From the NCBI GenBank assembly GCA_002269645.1, contig NIVC01003218.1:46356-110355 (forward strand): DNA of 64,000 nt. Direction: 5' to 3'. How positions within the stretch are numbered: position 1 is the stretch's first letter; the number at the start of each line of letters is the position of its first letter. Made by a program: the position numbers and the translations under genes. This document shows positions 40,144 to 52,100 of the stretch, piece after piece. The DNA comes from Macrostomum lignano (taxonomy: Eukaryota). The notes beneath the pieces are model-generated. The model did not search any database. It saw only the letters and a program-made list of their open reading frames with translations, and was not told where the DNA came from.

Positions 40144-42790
40144 CAGTAATCCTTGGCTATCGAGTGCAGTAATCCTTGGTTTATTAATAGCAATAATCCA
40201 TGGCTTATCGAGTGCAGTAATCCTTGGTTTATTAATAGCAATAATCCTTGGCTTATCGAGTGCAGTAATCCTTGGTTTATTAATAGCAATAATCCTTGGC
40301 TTATCGAGTGCAGTAATCCTTGGTTTATTAATAGCAATAATCCTTGGCTTATCGAGTGCAGTAATCCTTGGTTTATTAATAGCAATAATCCTTGGCTTAT
40401 CGAGTGCAGTAATCCTTGGTTTATTAATAGCAATAATCCTTGGCTTATCGAGTGCAGCAATCCTTGGTTTATTAATAGCAATAATCCTTGGCTTATCGAG
40501 TGCAGCAATCCTTGGTTTATTAATAGCAATAATCCTTGGCTTATCGAGTGCAGCAATCCTTGGTTTATTAATAGCAATAATCCTTGGCTTATCGAGTGCA
40601 GCAATCCTTGGTTTATTAATAGCAATAATCCTTGGCTTATCGAGTGCAGTAATCCTTGGTTTATTAATAGCAATAATCCTTGGCTTATCGAGTGCAGTAA
40701 TCCTTGGTTTATTAATAGCAATAATCCATGGCTTATCGAGTGCAGTAATCCTTGGTTTGCCAAGAGCAATAGTCCTTGGTTTATTGAGTGCAGTAATCCT
40801 TGGTTTATTAATAGCAATAATCCTTGGCTTATCGAGTGCAGTAATCCTTGGTTTGCCAAGAGCAATAGTCCTTGGTTTATTGAGTGCAGTAATCCTTGGT
40901 TTATTAATAGCAATAATCCTTGGCTTATCGAGTGCAGTAATCCTTGGTTTATTAATAGCAATAATCCTTGGCTTATCGAGTGCAGTAATCCTTGGTTTAT
41001 TAATAGCAATAATCCTTGGCTTATCGAGTGCAGTAATCCTTGGTTTGCCAAGAGCAATAGTCCTTGGTTTATTGAGTGCAGTAATCCTTGGTTTATTAAT
41101 AGCAATAATCCTTGGCTTATCGAGTGCAGTAATCCTTGGTTTATTAATAGCAATAATCCTTGGCTTATCGAGTGCAGTAATCCTTGGTTTATTAATAGCA
41201 ATAATCCTTGGCTTATCGAGTGCAGTAATCCTTGGTTTATTAATAGCAATAATCCTTGGCTTATCGAGTGCAGTAATCCTTGGTTTATTAATAGCAATAA
41301 TCCTTGGTTATCGAGTGCAGCAATCCTTGGTTTATTAATAGCAATAATCCTTGGCTTATCGAGTGCAGCAATCCTTGGTTTATTAATAGCAATAATCCTT
41401 GGCTTATCGAGTGCAGCAATCCTTGGTTTATTAATAGCAATAATCCTTGGCTTATCGAGTGCAGCAATCCTTGGTTTATTAATAGCAATAATCCTTGGCT
41501 TATCGAGTGCAGTAATCCTTGGTTTATTAATAGCAATAATCCTTGGCTTATCGAGTGCAGTAATCCTTGGTTTATTAATAGCAATAATCCATGGCTTATC
41601 GAGTGCAGTAATCCTTGGTTTGCCAAGAGCAATAGTCCTTGGTTTATTGAGTGCAGTAATCCTTGGTTTATTAATAGCAATAATCCTTGGCTTATCGAGT
41701 GCAGTAATCCTTGGTTTGCCAAGAGCAATAGTCCTTGGTTTATTGAGTGCAGTAATCCTTGGTTTATTAATAGCAATAATCCTTGGCTTATCGAGTGCAG
41801 TAATCCTTGGTTTATTAATAGCAATAATCCTTGGCTTATCGAGTGCAGTAATCCTTGGTTTGCCAAGAGCAATAGTCCTTGGTTTATTGAGTGCAGTAAT
41901 CCTTGGTTTATTAATAGCAATAATCCTTGGCTTATCGAGTGCAGTAATCCTTGGTTTATTAATAGCAATAATCCTTGGCTTATCGAGTGCAGTAATCCTT
42001 GGTTTATTAATAGCAATAGTCCTTGGTTTATCGAGTGCAGTAATCCTTGGTTTGCCAAGAGCAATAATCCTTGGCTTATCGAGTGCAGTAATCCTTGGTT
42101 TATTAATAGCAATAATCCTTGGCTTATCGAGTGCAGTAATCCTTGGTTTATTAATAGCAATAATCCTTGGCTTATCGAGTGCAGTAATCCTTGGTTTATT
42201 AATAGCAATAATCCTTGGCTTATCGAGTGCAGTAATCCTTGGTTTATTAATAGCAATAATCCATGGCTTATCGAGTGCAGTAATCCTTGGTTTGCCAAGA
42301 GCAATAGTCCTTGGCTTATCGAGTGCAGTAATCCTTGGTTTGCCAAGAGCAATAGTCCTTGGTTTATTGAGTGCAGTAATCCTTGGTTTATTAATAGCAA
42401 TAGTCCTTGGTTTATTGAGTGCAGTAATCCTTGGTTTATTAATAGCAATAATCCTTGGCTTATCGAGTGCAGTATTCCTTGGTTTGCCAAGAGCAATAAT
42501 CCTTGGTTTATCAAGTGCAATAATCCTTGGTTTATCAAGTGCAATAATCCTTGGTTTATCGAGTGCAGTAATCCTTGGTTTGCCAAGAGCAATAATCCTA
42601 AGTTTATCGAGTGCAGTAATCCTTAGTTTTCCAAGTGCAGTAATCCTTGGTTTATTAAGAGCAATAATCCTTGGCTTATCGAGTGCAGTAATCCTTGGTT
42701 TGCCAAGAGCAATAATCCTTGGCTTATCGAGTGCAGTATTCCTTGGTTTGCCAAGAGCAATAATCCTTAGCTTATCGAGTGCAGTAATCT
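40144..42790. repeat. 48-bp satellite (two 24-bp subunits; CGAGTGCAGTAATCCTTGGTTTATTAATAGCAATAATCCTTGGCTTAT)
   Basis: About 55 units. The unit length is divisible by 3, giving the long repetitive ORFs; a 1-nt deletion near 41309 switches frames. Confidence 0.98.
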
Positions 42791-42861
42791 AAGTGTTTTT
42801 ATTTAGTCCTTTAATAAAAGCTTTTAATAAAAAATTTTACACTACTACTTTTAAACTACTT

Positions 42862-42921
42862 AGATTCGAACCCAGGTCGCTGCATTAGCAGTCTGGTCTG
42901 CTCAGCTCTAGGCTAGCTCTC
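42862..42921 (-). mobile_element. tRNA(Ser-GCT)-derived SINE-like head, copy 2
   Basis: Minus strand GAGAGCTAGCCTAGAGCTGAGCAGACCAGACTGCTAATGCAGCGACCTGGGTTCGAATCT: A-box-like, CT-GCT-AA loop, B-box GGTTCGAATC. No acceptor-stem pairing. Confidence 0.55.
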
Positions 42922-44277
42922 ATTGAAGTTATCAGTGAATTTGTACCACTTATATAATTCAACACTCACACCAAGTCAGGTAGAGTAAAAAGTCACGCGA
43001 AGCAGTTATGACATAATCAATTTCTTAGGCAAGTCAGTACCAGTGTCTATGAAAGCTAACAATATGGTTACGTAATATAAATTCAGTACTGCACTATACT
43101 TTCACACTCAAAGCTGTGACGCAATTCAATTGAGTGTCAAATTCAGCCAGTACACAGACGATAAATAAAGTGTATTGTGATGCAATCTATTTCAGAATCA
43201 GAATTCAACCAGTCAGTTTTTTCTCTAGCATTTTTACAGTGCGTTTCAAGTCGAAATAGCTGCTTGACCTTTGCAAAAAAGCATGTTTTTCGAATATTTA
43301 ATCCCTTTAGCATCGAGCAATTTCTTAGCCACGATGCATGTACCGTCACGGAAAATTTTCTGATCGAATGGTGCAAGTTCGAATAAAATCGGTTGAGCCG
43401 TTTTTGCTAAAATCGATCACACACATACCAACAGACCATTTTTAGTATATGGATTCATAATCATCATAACTACTTGTGCACGCCGAAAGTGCTGATTTTT
43501 ATGTTTTATGATATTATTTGAGGTGAGCTAATTAACAAAATAAAGAAAAGTACGAAAAGCTGGCGAATAATTATATTTTTCGAAGTAACGATAGTGAAAA
43601 TCTCATATCTTAAACTTTAGGGCAAGTTGCATTCTGGCTTGTGTAATGACCTAGATGAATTTTTCCAGAAGTTTCCAACACGTCTCCATCCTTGCTCATT
43701 GAGGGAATCACTGAAGTGCTGTTGCTCATAGGGAGAGGGGGTTTGAAGATGCCAAGCGTCAAGGGCAGTCAGAGTTAAGCTATGGCTTAAAGGGAGACTT
43801 TGATGCCAAAGCTCAAAAGGGGTGCTCATATATTAGGCTAGATAGTTGGCTTTTAGGGCTGATGCTTTTTGCTCTGAACATTTTTTTTCTTATCAAGAAC
43901 TACAAAAGTGACAGCACAAGGTCAAAAGCTACATGTAGATTTAAAAAAATACTCCTTTCTTTATTGCCTCCCTAACAGTAGGTGCGCAGGTTGGTACTAT
44001 TTTCTTTAAAAGCGAAAGATTTTTATCAGAATTCAAACTTCGTCAACATTTCAGTGGTTTTCTCGGCTAAGAATGTTTTTGCAGAACAACACTGTACATC
44101 ACGAGCGCAAATATTTCGATCTTAGTTTAAACTGTTGCTGCATAAGTTCATGCCTCTTTCATCATCTTTCCTACCCGCGGAGTTTGTCAAAACTGAAATA
44201 AAAGATTTATCATAGATAAAGTGTGGTTCGTCTGGTATTAAATTTGAAGCAAAGATTTTATTCTTACCAGAGAACAT

Positions 44278-44895
44278 TCGCCCCACAGAACATACGGCCC
44301 ATAGAACATACGGCCCATAGAACATACGGCCCATAGAACACACGGCCCATAGAACATACGCCCCATAGAACATACGCCCCATAGAACATACAGCCCATAG
44401 AACATACGGCCCATAGAATATACGGCCCATAGAACATACGGCCCATAGAACACACGGCCCATAGAACTTACGGCCCATAGAACATACGGCCCATAGAACA
44501 TACGGCCCATACAACATTCGCCCCACAGAACATGCGGCCCATAGAACATACGGCCCATAGAACACACGGCCCATAGAACATACGCCCCATAGAACATACG
44601 GCCCATAGAACATACGGCCCATACAACATTCGCCCCACAGAACATACGGCCCATAGAACATACGGCCCATAGAACACACGGCCCATAGAACATACGCCCC
44701 AAAGAACATACGCCCCATAGAACATACGGCCCATAGAACATACGGCCCATAGAACATACGGCTCATAGAACATACGCCCCATAGAACATACGGCCCATAG
44801 AACATACGCCCCATAGAACATACGGCCCATAGAACATACGCCCCATAGAACATACGGCCCATAGAACATACGGCCCATAGAACTTATGCCCCACA
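44278..44895. repeat. 16-bp minisatellite (CCCATAGAACATACGG)
   Basis: About 38 units directly upstream of paralog D. Confidence 0.96.
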
Positions 44896-44953
44896 GATAA
44901 AAGTGCTACAAAACGTAATCAGACAGGTATAGCATAGAAAACTTACACTGACC

Positions 44954-47340
44954 ATGTCAGATAAGGCAGTGGACGATCCAACGTCAATACTAGAAACTGG
45001 ACATGCTATAGACGAAAGGCCAACTTCAAATGAAGACAACCCCATCGAAGAGGAAGAAATCCTGTCAAAAGGTAAGCAGGATCCAAAGCAGCGAGAAAGA
45101 AAGCAGAGGAGCTCAACTGGCTGTTCGCAGCTATGCAGGCTGGCTGGACAGCTTCAGCTTCGGGCTTGCAGCAGCACGCGCAGCCGAACTACGAGTACAC
45201 CTCGAACCTGAGTAACCCAGTGAGCTGCCGCTACGGTGGCATGACAGCGCAAATCTTGCAACGGAGTGGAGAGGATCGGCAGCAACAGGTGCGGTTGCAG
45301 CATTTCAGGGTGTCAACTAGGGGAGCTTGCAGTCTGTTACGTTTTGAATAACGCGAAGGCGGTAAAACTTTTGGGAAGTTAGAAGTTGAAGTGTCTTAGC
45401 GGCAAGTTTTTAGCAAGTTTTTAGCCCTTGCGGTGGTACAATCCGCAATCCTTTGAATACAACAGCATTCTGAATCGTATATTCCAACTTTCCTTTCGAG
45501 TACGGCAGCATAGTCTTGGGTAGGTACTCCGGCCATCCATTCTGAATATAATGCTTTAGTGTCCGAAGGTTGTGGTCGTTAGACGTAGCAATGCGATGCA
45601 ATAAATCATCAGAGTTCGCAAAACTGTCCAACGCATTGATCGACAATAAGTTCACAGATTCATTGGGCAGTAATTCACCACTCGGAAGTCGCGAAAGCGT
45701 ATCGGCAGCAAACATTGTACTACCTTTGGCGTATTCAATGCTGTATTCATATGCTCGCAGAATGAGAGACCAGCGTTGCAATCTGGCTGAAACACGTTCA
45801 GACGATTTGCTGTGATTGAAGATGAACTGTAGCGGTCTGTGATCTGATAAAATAGTGAATCTTCTTCCAGCTAAAAACTGATGGAAATACTTCACTCCTT
45901 CCACGATTGCCAATGCTTCTCTTTCAATGTTAGCGTAATTGCACTCTGCGGGCGTGAGCACTCTGCTTCCGAGCCAGACAATCTGCATCTGTTCTCTGTC
46001 ATGAGAGAGCACGAATCCTAGTCCCTTTTTAGATGCATCACAGGTCAAGAATAATGGTTTTGACAGATCGTACGCAGTGATTGCTCCTTGGCGGATGCTT
46101 TGCTTTAGTCTCCCGATGGCCTTTGATAGTTCGTTGTTCCAGTACCAATGCTGTCCCTTCTTCAGCAACGAGTACAGCGGTCGAGCAATGATGGAGAAAT
46201 TTCTGCAGAATAAGCCATAGTGGCGAAGAGTGCACAAGACGCTTCTCAATTGGTCTTTGTCAGCGGGTTCTGGCATGTTGTCCCACGACTTTAATCTGGC
46301 AGGATCTGGTTCGAGCCTTCCGTTGTGGAGAATGAAACCAAGAAACTTGACCTTTTGTTGACACTCCTGAGACTTGCGCGTGTTAATCTTGAACCCATGG
46401 TCGGCTAAGCGTTGCTTTACCATGTTCAGCACCTGCATGTGTTGCTGTTGGTCACCGGATGTTCCGATTAATATGTCATCTTGATATGACGCTGTACATT
46501 CTATGTCTCTTAGTACGTCGTCCATGACCTCTTGGAAAATAAGAGGCGCTGCAGAGATTCCGAATTGGAGGTTCCTGAATGCAAAATAACCCATATGAGT
46601 CGTATGTTCTAGTCTAATTTTACACGTAAAAACACGTAAGTCCGAGTCTAATTTTATGCTGCGTTGTTGTTCCTGTTTAAAACTTCGTTGGATTGTCAAA
46701 ATTGAGTTGCTTCAATAGGTTTATATCTTTTCCTTTAATTCTTTTTTTTCATTTCAGACCGCTTCACATCGCATTGTTGCAAAAGCAGTCAAGACACTCA
46801 ATAGAAAATCTGCTTTGTGAATTGATATGGCGTGAAAACCTGATGCCCACAGTGAATCTGGTCAATGTGCTTGGGCAAGTGAGTTCCCTTCCTGTTCTTA
46901 TTAAAACTGCCGAGCATTCAAGAAGCTTATTTCAACCCGCTTTTACGGTAAATAAGCAAAAGAAGAAAAGGAATTAGTTTGTCTTCAGGGAATTAAAGGC
47001 AATGAAAAATTAAATTTTGCAGACGCCTTTGTTTTTGTGCCTGCAAATGCGTCGGGCCGACTTAATCTCGTTGCTAATCGACTTTGATGCAGCGCCTACT
47101 CAACTCTGTCTCTGCTCGAGCGAGCGGTTAAACCACTTGCATTATGCCTTGTCGGACTGTCTGGAATAAGCGGCTTCTATCCATATGGTTCAAGGGCTCA
47201 TTGACAGCGTGAAGAGGCGGAATGACTCCGATCTCATACCGGTAGGCCTAGTTGCCAGGACCGGTGGACTACCTGAGCCACCGCATCGCTCAGCTGAGGG
47301 CGAGCCAGCAGAATCCGGCATCCCTGGAGCTTACAGCTGG
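44954..47340 (+). pseudogene. Ankyrin family paralog D, pseudogene
   Basis: Exon 1 start MSDKAVDDPTSILETG...SKGKQDPKQR (frameshifted, interrupted by the Gypsy fragment); possible remnant donor at 46636; exon 2 46758-46878 (RPLHIALLQ..NLVNVLGQ); exon 3 from 47023 with in-frame TAA at 47167-47169, a later frameshift (PVDYLSHRIAQL), and truncation by a minisatellite. Confidence 0.8.
45425..46620 (-). mobile_element. Ty3/Gypsy LTR-retrotransposon pol fragment (RT C-half + RNase H), no LTRs
   Basis: LQFGISAAPLIFQ, SYQDDILIG, KVKFLGF, LTCDASKKGLG, YANIEREALAI, AADTLSR. Truncated before the RT N-terminus and at the start of the integrase region. Confidence 0.92.
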
Positions 47341-47580
47341 GGGAATTGCTGAGACATCGAGGCAAATGGGAGGAATTGCTGGGATGTCAAGGCTTATAGG
47401 GAAAAGCTCAGACTTCAAGGCTTAGTGGGAAAATTTCTAAGATGTCATGGCTTATTGGGGGAATTGCTAAGACGTCGAGGCTTACGGGGAGAATTGCTGA
47501 GATGTTAAGGCCTACGGGGGGAATTGCTGGGATGTCAAGGCTTAAGGGGGATTGTTGAGATGCCAAGGCTTACTGGAAGC
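47335..47580. repeat. ~30-bp degenerate minisatellite (GGGGGAATTGCTGAGATGTCAAGGCTTA-like)
   Basis: About 8 units replacing the end of paralog D exon 3. Confidence 0.85.
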
Positions 47581-49188
47581 ATGGATCTATTCTTTAATAT
47601 TTTAGCAACATTTTCATTTCCTTTTTGCTCTCCCCAGACGGGCTGGATTGCTAGTCAGAGCTAAATTTGATAAAAAAAGAATTAAATTCTTATTTGAATC
47701 CTTTATTTACGCCTCCTCCAGGAAATTAGAAAAAACACTAGTCGCAGGTCTCTGGTTTGGACCTCAACAAATCGTCTTGTTCCTGCTTTCTATTGCTATT
47801 TAGAAGAAAATACCAACAACTGGAAATACAAATTAAAGTTCAATAAATTAAGTTCAAAGTGACTGCTGAGCTTGTTGTTTTGGACTTTTACTTTAAGTTA
47901 ATATTTGAGTACACTTTTATTCCACACTGTACATTCTGCTCTGAGCCCGTGCAGCGTTCGTAGGTTTGATACTTTCGGACCGACTTTAGATTTTTGTCAT
48001 CATTTGTGTACTTGACTAATTTATCTACTTATGCCTTGCTGATTAATTCCCTTAAATATTGTGTCCAACTTTAACACCCGAAATCTTCAATAATGTTAAA
48101 TATTTAAGAATTGTTATTCTCGACTAAAGAAATTGGTTGGACTAAATTAAATTGGTTACACGACCTGCTGTTGTGGACGGCGCAGGGCCCGCGGAGGCCA
48201 AGGGCGAACGATGCGCGATCGACTCCCCCCGTTCTGGCCCTGACTGGGGGAACTGACTTCTTTAGGAGTGCGGCCCACGGGGTGCGTTCTTACACCTCCC
48301 CATTCTGTGGCCTCTCGTCGTGCATCTTTTGTTGTTGTTGTATTCAATTATTTTCTTTAGTTCTCTTTGTGAACACCAGTTGCAGTCTTTCACTTAGCAA
48401 ATGAGAAACGCTCGTATCAACATTCGATATTTTCGTAGCGTCAGCATGCGGATCTCCCCAGAGTTTCATGGATATTTTATGGCCGGCGAAGGAAGTCGGC
48501 AATAAAAGTTCGATCGAGTTGCAAGCAGCGCACAGTCGAAGTTGGAATATTCCCAGCTTTAGAAATGAAATTTTGCGTTTTAAACCCATTGAACCAGAAT
48601 CATGCGATAGGATCGCATTATGCAATCGTAAAAATATCAATCTGAGACGAAAAACTAGTCAGTCAGGCTTTATAAAATTCTAAGAGCAAGAAAGACGAGT
48701 AATGCAAGGCGGATAAGAGGGGTACTAAAGAAAGCGATAGAAAGCAGAAGACAGAAGGAATTGCTGGGGAAAGGAGTTGGATAGTACACACACGCCTGCA
48801 GTGAGCTGCTGGGATCCCCCGAGCCGCGATTGGCTGAGGCCTTCACTTCCTCGCCGATCATCGGGCGTCCGGCTCTCACGCCTTTCCAGCTCCTCTCCTC
48901 GGGCTTCTCTCAACGATAACTCGGGTAAGGAAGACAGGCGGGGATGGTGGGGATAAATTTCCCCTTTTTTAGTTTCTTTGCCTGGCAAAGTCTGACTTCC
49001 TTGCTGCGGCTGAGCGTGCCTCATCGAATACGTCCCGGACCTGGAATTGGCAAATTTAGAAAGAAAATAAGGCATGATCCCGTCTGATAATCTCCTTACA
49101 GACTGATATTGTTAACCTTCAAGCCCAGTGTAATTTGCTATTTGTAACAAATCCTACGGATATTCCTGCTTCAAACAACAGCTTCACA

Positions 49189-52100
49189 ATGCGATCTTCA
49201 TCCGGAGATTCTGGTGCCAGCGGCGGCGGCAACAGCGGCGGTGGCAGCGCCGGCAGCAACCCAATTTGCAAGCTGTTCCAGCTGAGACGACAGACTGGAA
49301 GCGCAGGCCAGGAGCAGCTCTGGAGGGTGATCGACGCTGTCCGACATGACGATGGCAAGGTGAGGCAGAGTGGGCGGGGGGTGCCGTAGCTCTGATGTGC
49401 CAGCGGCCCAGGCTCGACTTGGGCCTGCTCGTGCAATAACGCCCTTGAGGGCCAACCCCCAAGGCACAGTGAAGTGTACATGCCTAACGATAAATGAGTC
49501 AGGGCCGCTGTACACTCCTGTGTGAGTGTGTGCCTGTGCGAATGACTGCCGACGGGATGTGCAGCAATGCCTCTCGCAGGTTGAGTGACATGCAGCCCCT
49601 GCCTCCAACTTAGAAAGTGGTCAAAGTGGGCAAAATGTAGAACTGTATCGAGACTTATTTCCCCGTGGCTTTGAAAATGGAATTCTAGAATTGATGAAGC
49701 ATAAAAAAGGATGCTAGAAGCCTAGACTAGTGTCTACAATAGCCTTCAAGCTCTCAAGTTGCGTGTACAAACATGTAGGCAAGCAGGGAGGTACATTAAA
49801 AGTCTCCCTGCTTTTAAAATCTCCATTTAATTGAAAATGGTATGTGGACTAAAAGGCAATGAAGAAATAATTCTAGGGCATGGCAAAATCAATGCTTCAC
49901 TAAATTGAAAATAAAATTTTACTCGTGGCACAGTAGCCAACTGATGCATTTAAATTTCCAGCTGAACCGAATTGAAATTAGATTGAATCCAATCCACCGG
50001 ATGAAAAGCTAACGCAGCGATTTCAGTCGAGTGGGCATCAACAGAATTTCTTCTACCCTCTTCTTTCATTTATTTCGCAATGCTACTGCCGCCTTGGTTG
50101 CCTGGGCTTCAAAATGCTGGTCGCTTGAAGGACAAGCTCCTTCTCCCTCGCCTCCCTATCCACTATATTTGCTGACTCCTCCCCTGGGGATTACTCGACC
50201 TCATTAATTTTCGTCGAATCGGTAAAATGTGACCGACCCAGACGGTTCCCTGAGCAGTGCAACAGCCCAACAACAACACTTTTGCTAGCCTCGAGAGAGT
50301 CACAAACTCCGTGTGCTCAATGAAACTACATAGCTGGTCCGAGAAACAAGGAAAACTAGCTTGAAAATACGCATTGAGTCATTTAAAACGAGGTCATAAA
50401 GCTTGAACGTGACACAATTACTAAGCTACAAGCTTGCTTATTAAACCCGTGATCTAAAGCCCAAGCCTTCTGCCGCAGGTTGACCCTAATCGAACTAATA
50501 GCACGCTACAAGGTCACGCATGTATAAACTAAAAGTTGCGTCACAGACTTCACCGTAGTTGCTCGTCGCGAACGCTTGCCGACAGGAACAGGGTCAGTAG
50601 AGTGCCTGCAGCGTCAGCAGCAGTAGGACTCGGCTCGGTTGATGTGGCCGGCCCTCTGGCACAAAATATGCATTATTAATAAGGTCCAGCGACTCACTAC
50701 TCCTATCGCTGCACTTTTCAACCGGCACAGACGCAAGTTGACTGATTCGGGTGATTCGGCTGGTTTCAGACTGCCATTCAATTAATCATATTTGCCCATT
50801 TGCTACAATCTGCCTGTCTGCTTTAAAATTTGAGTAAACAAGACTGCAGATGATAAAAGGGATATTTGCGACAGTTTTCAAGAGTAGCACACGCCATCTT
50901 GCGACTTCTCCTGCGTTGTGACACGATGATTGTCGGTTGCTTGGTTCACCTCGAGCGCGTGACGCGGCATGAAAACTACAGTTATATAAATAGCTGACTG
51001 GAATAAAAGACAGTCCTCTCCTCCTAGTGTTGACTTCTTTCAGCCAAATAAAAATCGTGAAATATCAGCAGATTCAGGTGTTCGATATGGGCTCTTTGGA
51101 TTTATGAGTTGGAGAACTCGGAGTTTTTCACCGGGTAATTCACGAAGGCTGAAAGATGCGGGTGGAGGCTGCGCTTGCCCTTCAAATCAAGAATGACTTA
51201 AGAACGCAGGACATTGCACTGAAGTTTAAAATCGAAGCTGCATTTGCAGTCGCACATTTAAAAAAAGTGTTTTCTTTTCTTAGATTCATTTTTGCCTTTT
51301 TTCAGAAAGTCCACGGGAACCTTTCAATCATATTCAACCCATGGGGCCGTATGCAGAAAGCTCTGTCTAGGGTAGTCCGGTCTTGAAAAGCTAGTCTGGA
51401 CTTGGATTTGGTATGCAGAAACACAAAGTTAGACCGGTCTACTATAGACAGAACTAGGCTAGCTAGACCATAGACTATAGACTGAACTAACCAAGTCCGG
51501 ACTAGCTAGTCTGGACTAAGCTTTCTGCATACCGCCCCATGTCTCTACTGTCGTTTATGGTCAAAAAACCGCCCATAGTCTATGGTACAGGCGCATTGAA
51601 CTTGAATTTAAGATACACAGCAGTTAAATTCAGACAAGTCATACAACGGTTTGCACGGTTTTGACCATAGACAATTGTCGAAGCATGGCTTGAATGTGAT
51701 TGGCCGTGTCTAAAATGGAATTCTCACTTCTTGAATAAAATGAAAAATGCTATCGTAGTAGAGAAGTAAATCACCAGGTAATATGAGCTAATACTACAGA
51801 ATAAAGCCAACTGAAAGCTGGAAACAGGCAATAAGTTTTTCAATTCTGATTGATCAATTCGGGGTGCGTTCGCCAAGGGACATCAGATGAGTCCCGGGAG
51901 GCCGCCGAGGCAGTGAAGCCCGAGCCCTTCCGGCCCATTTCACTGGGCGGAGCGGAGGCGGCCATGCAGGGCTCAGTGGGCTGGAAAAGAGGGCAGCGGA
52001 GGAACCAGACAGGGTGAATAGAGACCTTGGCGGATCCACTTTCGGCTCCGGGTGCCCGGGGCGAGGGCTAATGAAATTCCTGAAGGCGCGTATCAGCCGT

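Noticed and set aside
40137-42792. Very long ORFs (879, 440, 434, 386 aa) with perfect peptide repeats
   Set aside because: They arise from a 48-bp satellite whose unit is divisible by 3. Several frames on both strands are open at once and an indel switches frames, so there is no evidence of coding.
42862-42921. tRNA-Ser(GCT) gene
   Set aside because: It has A/B boxes and an anticodon-like loop but no acceptor stem or variable arm, so it is treated as a tRNA-derived repeat.
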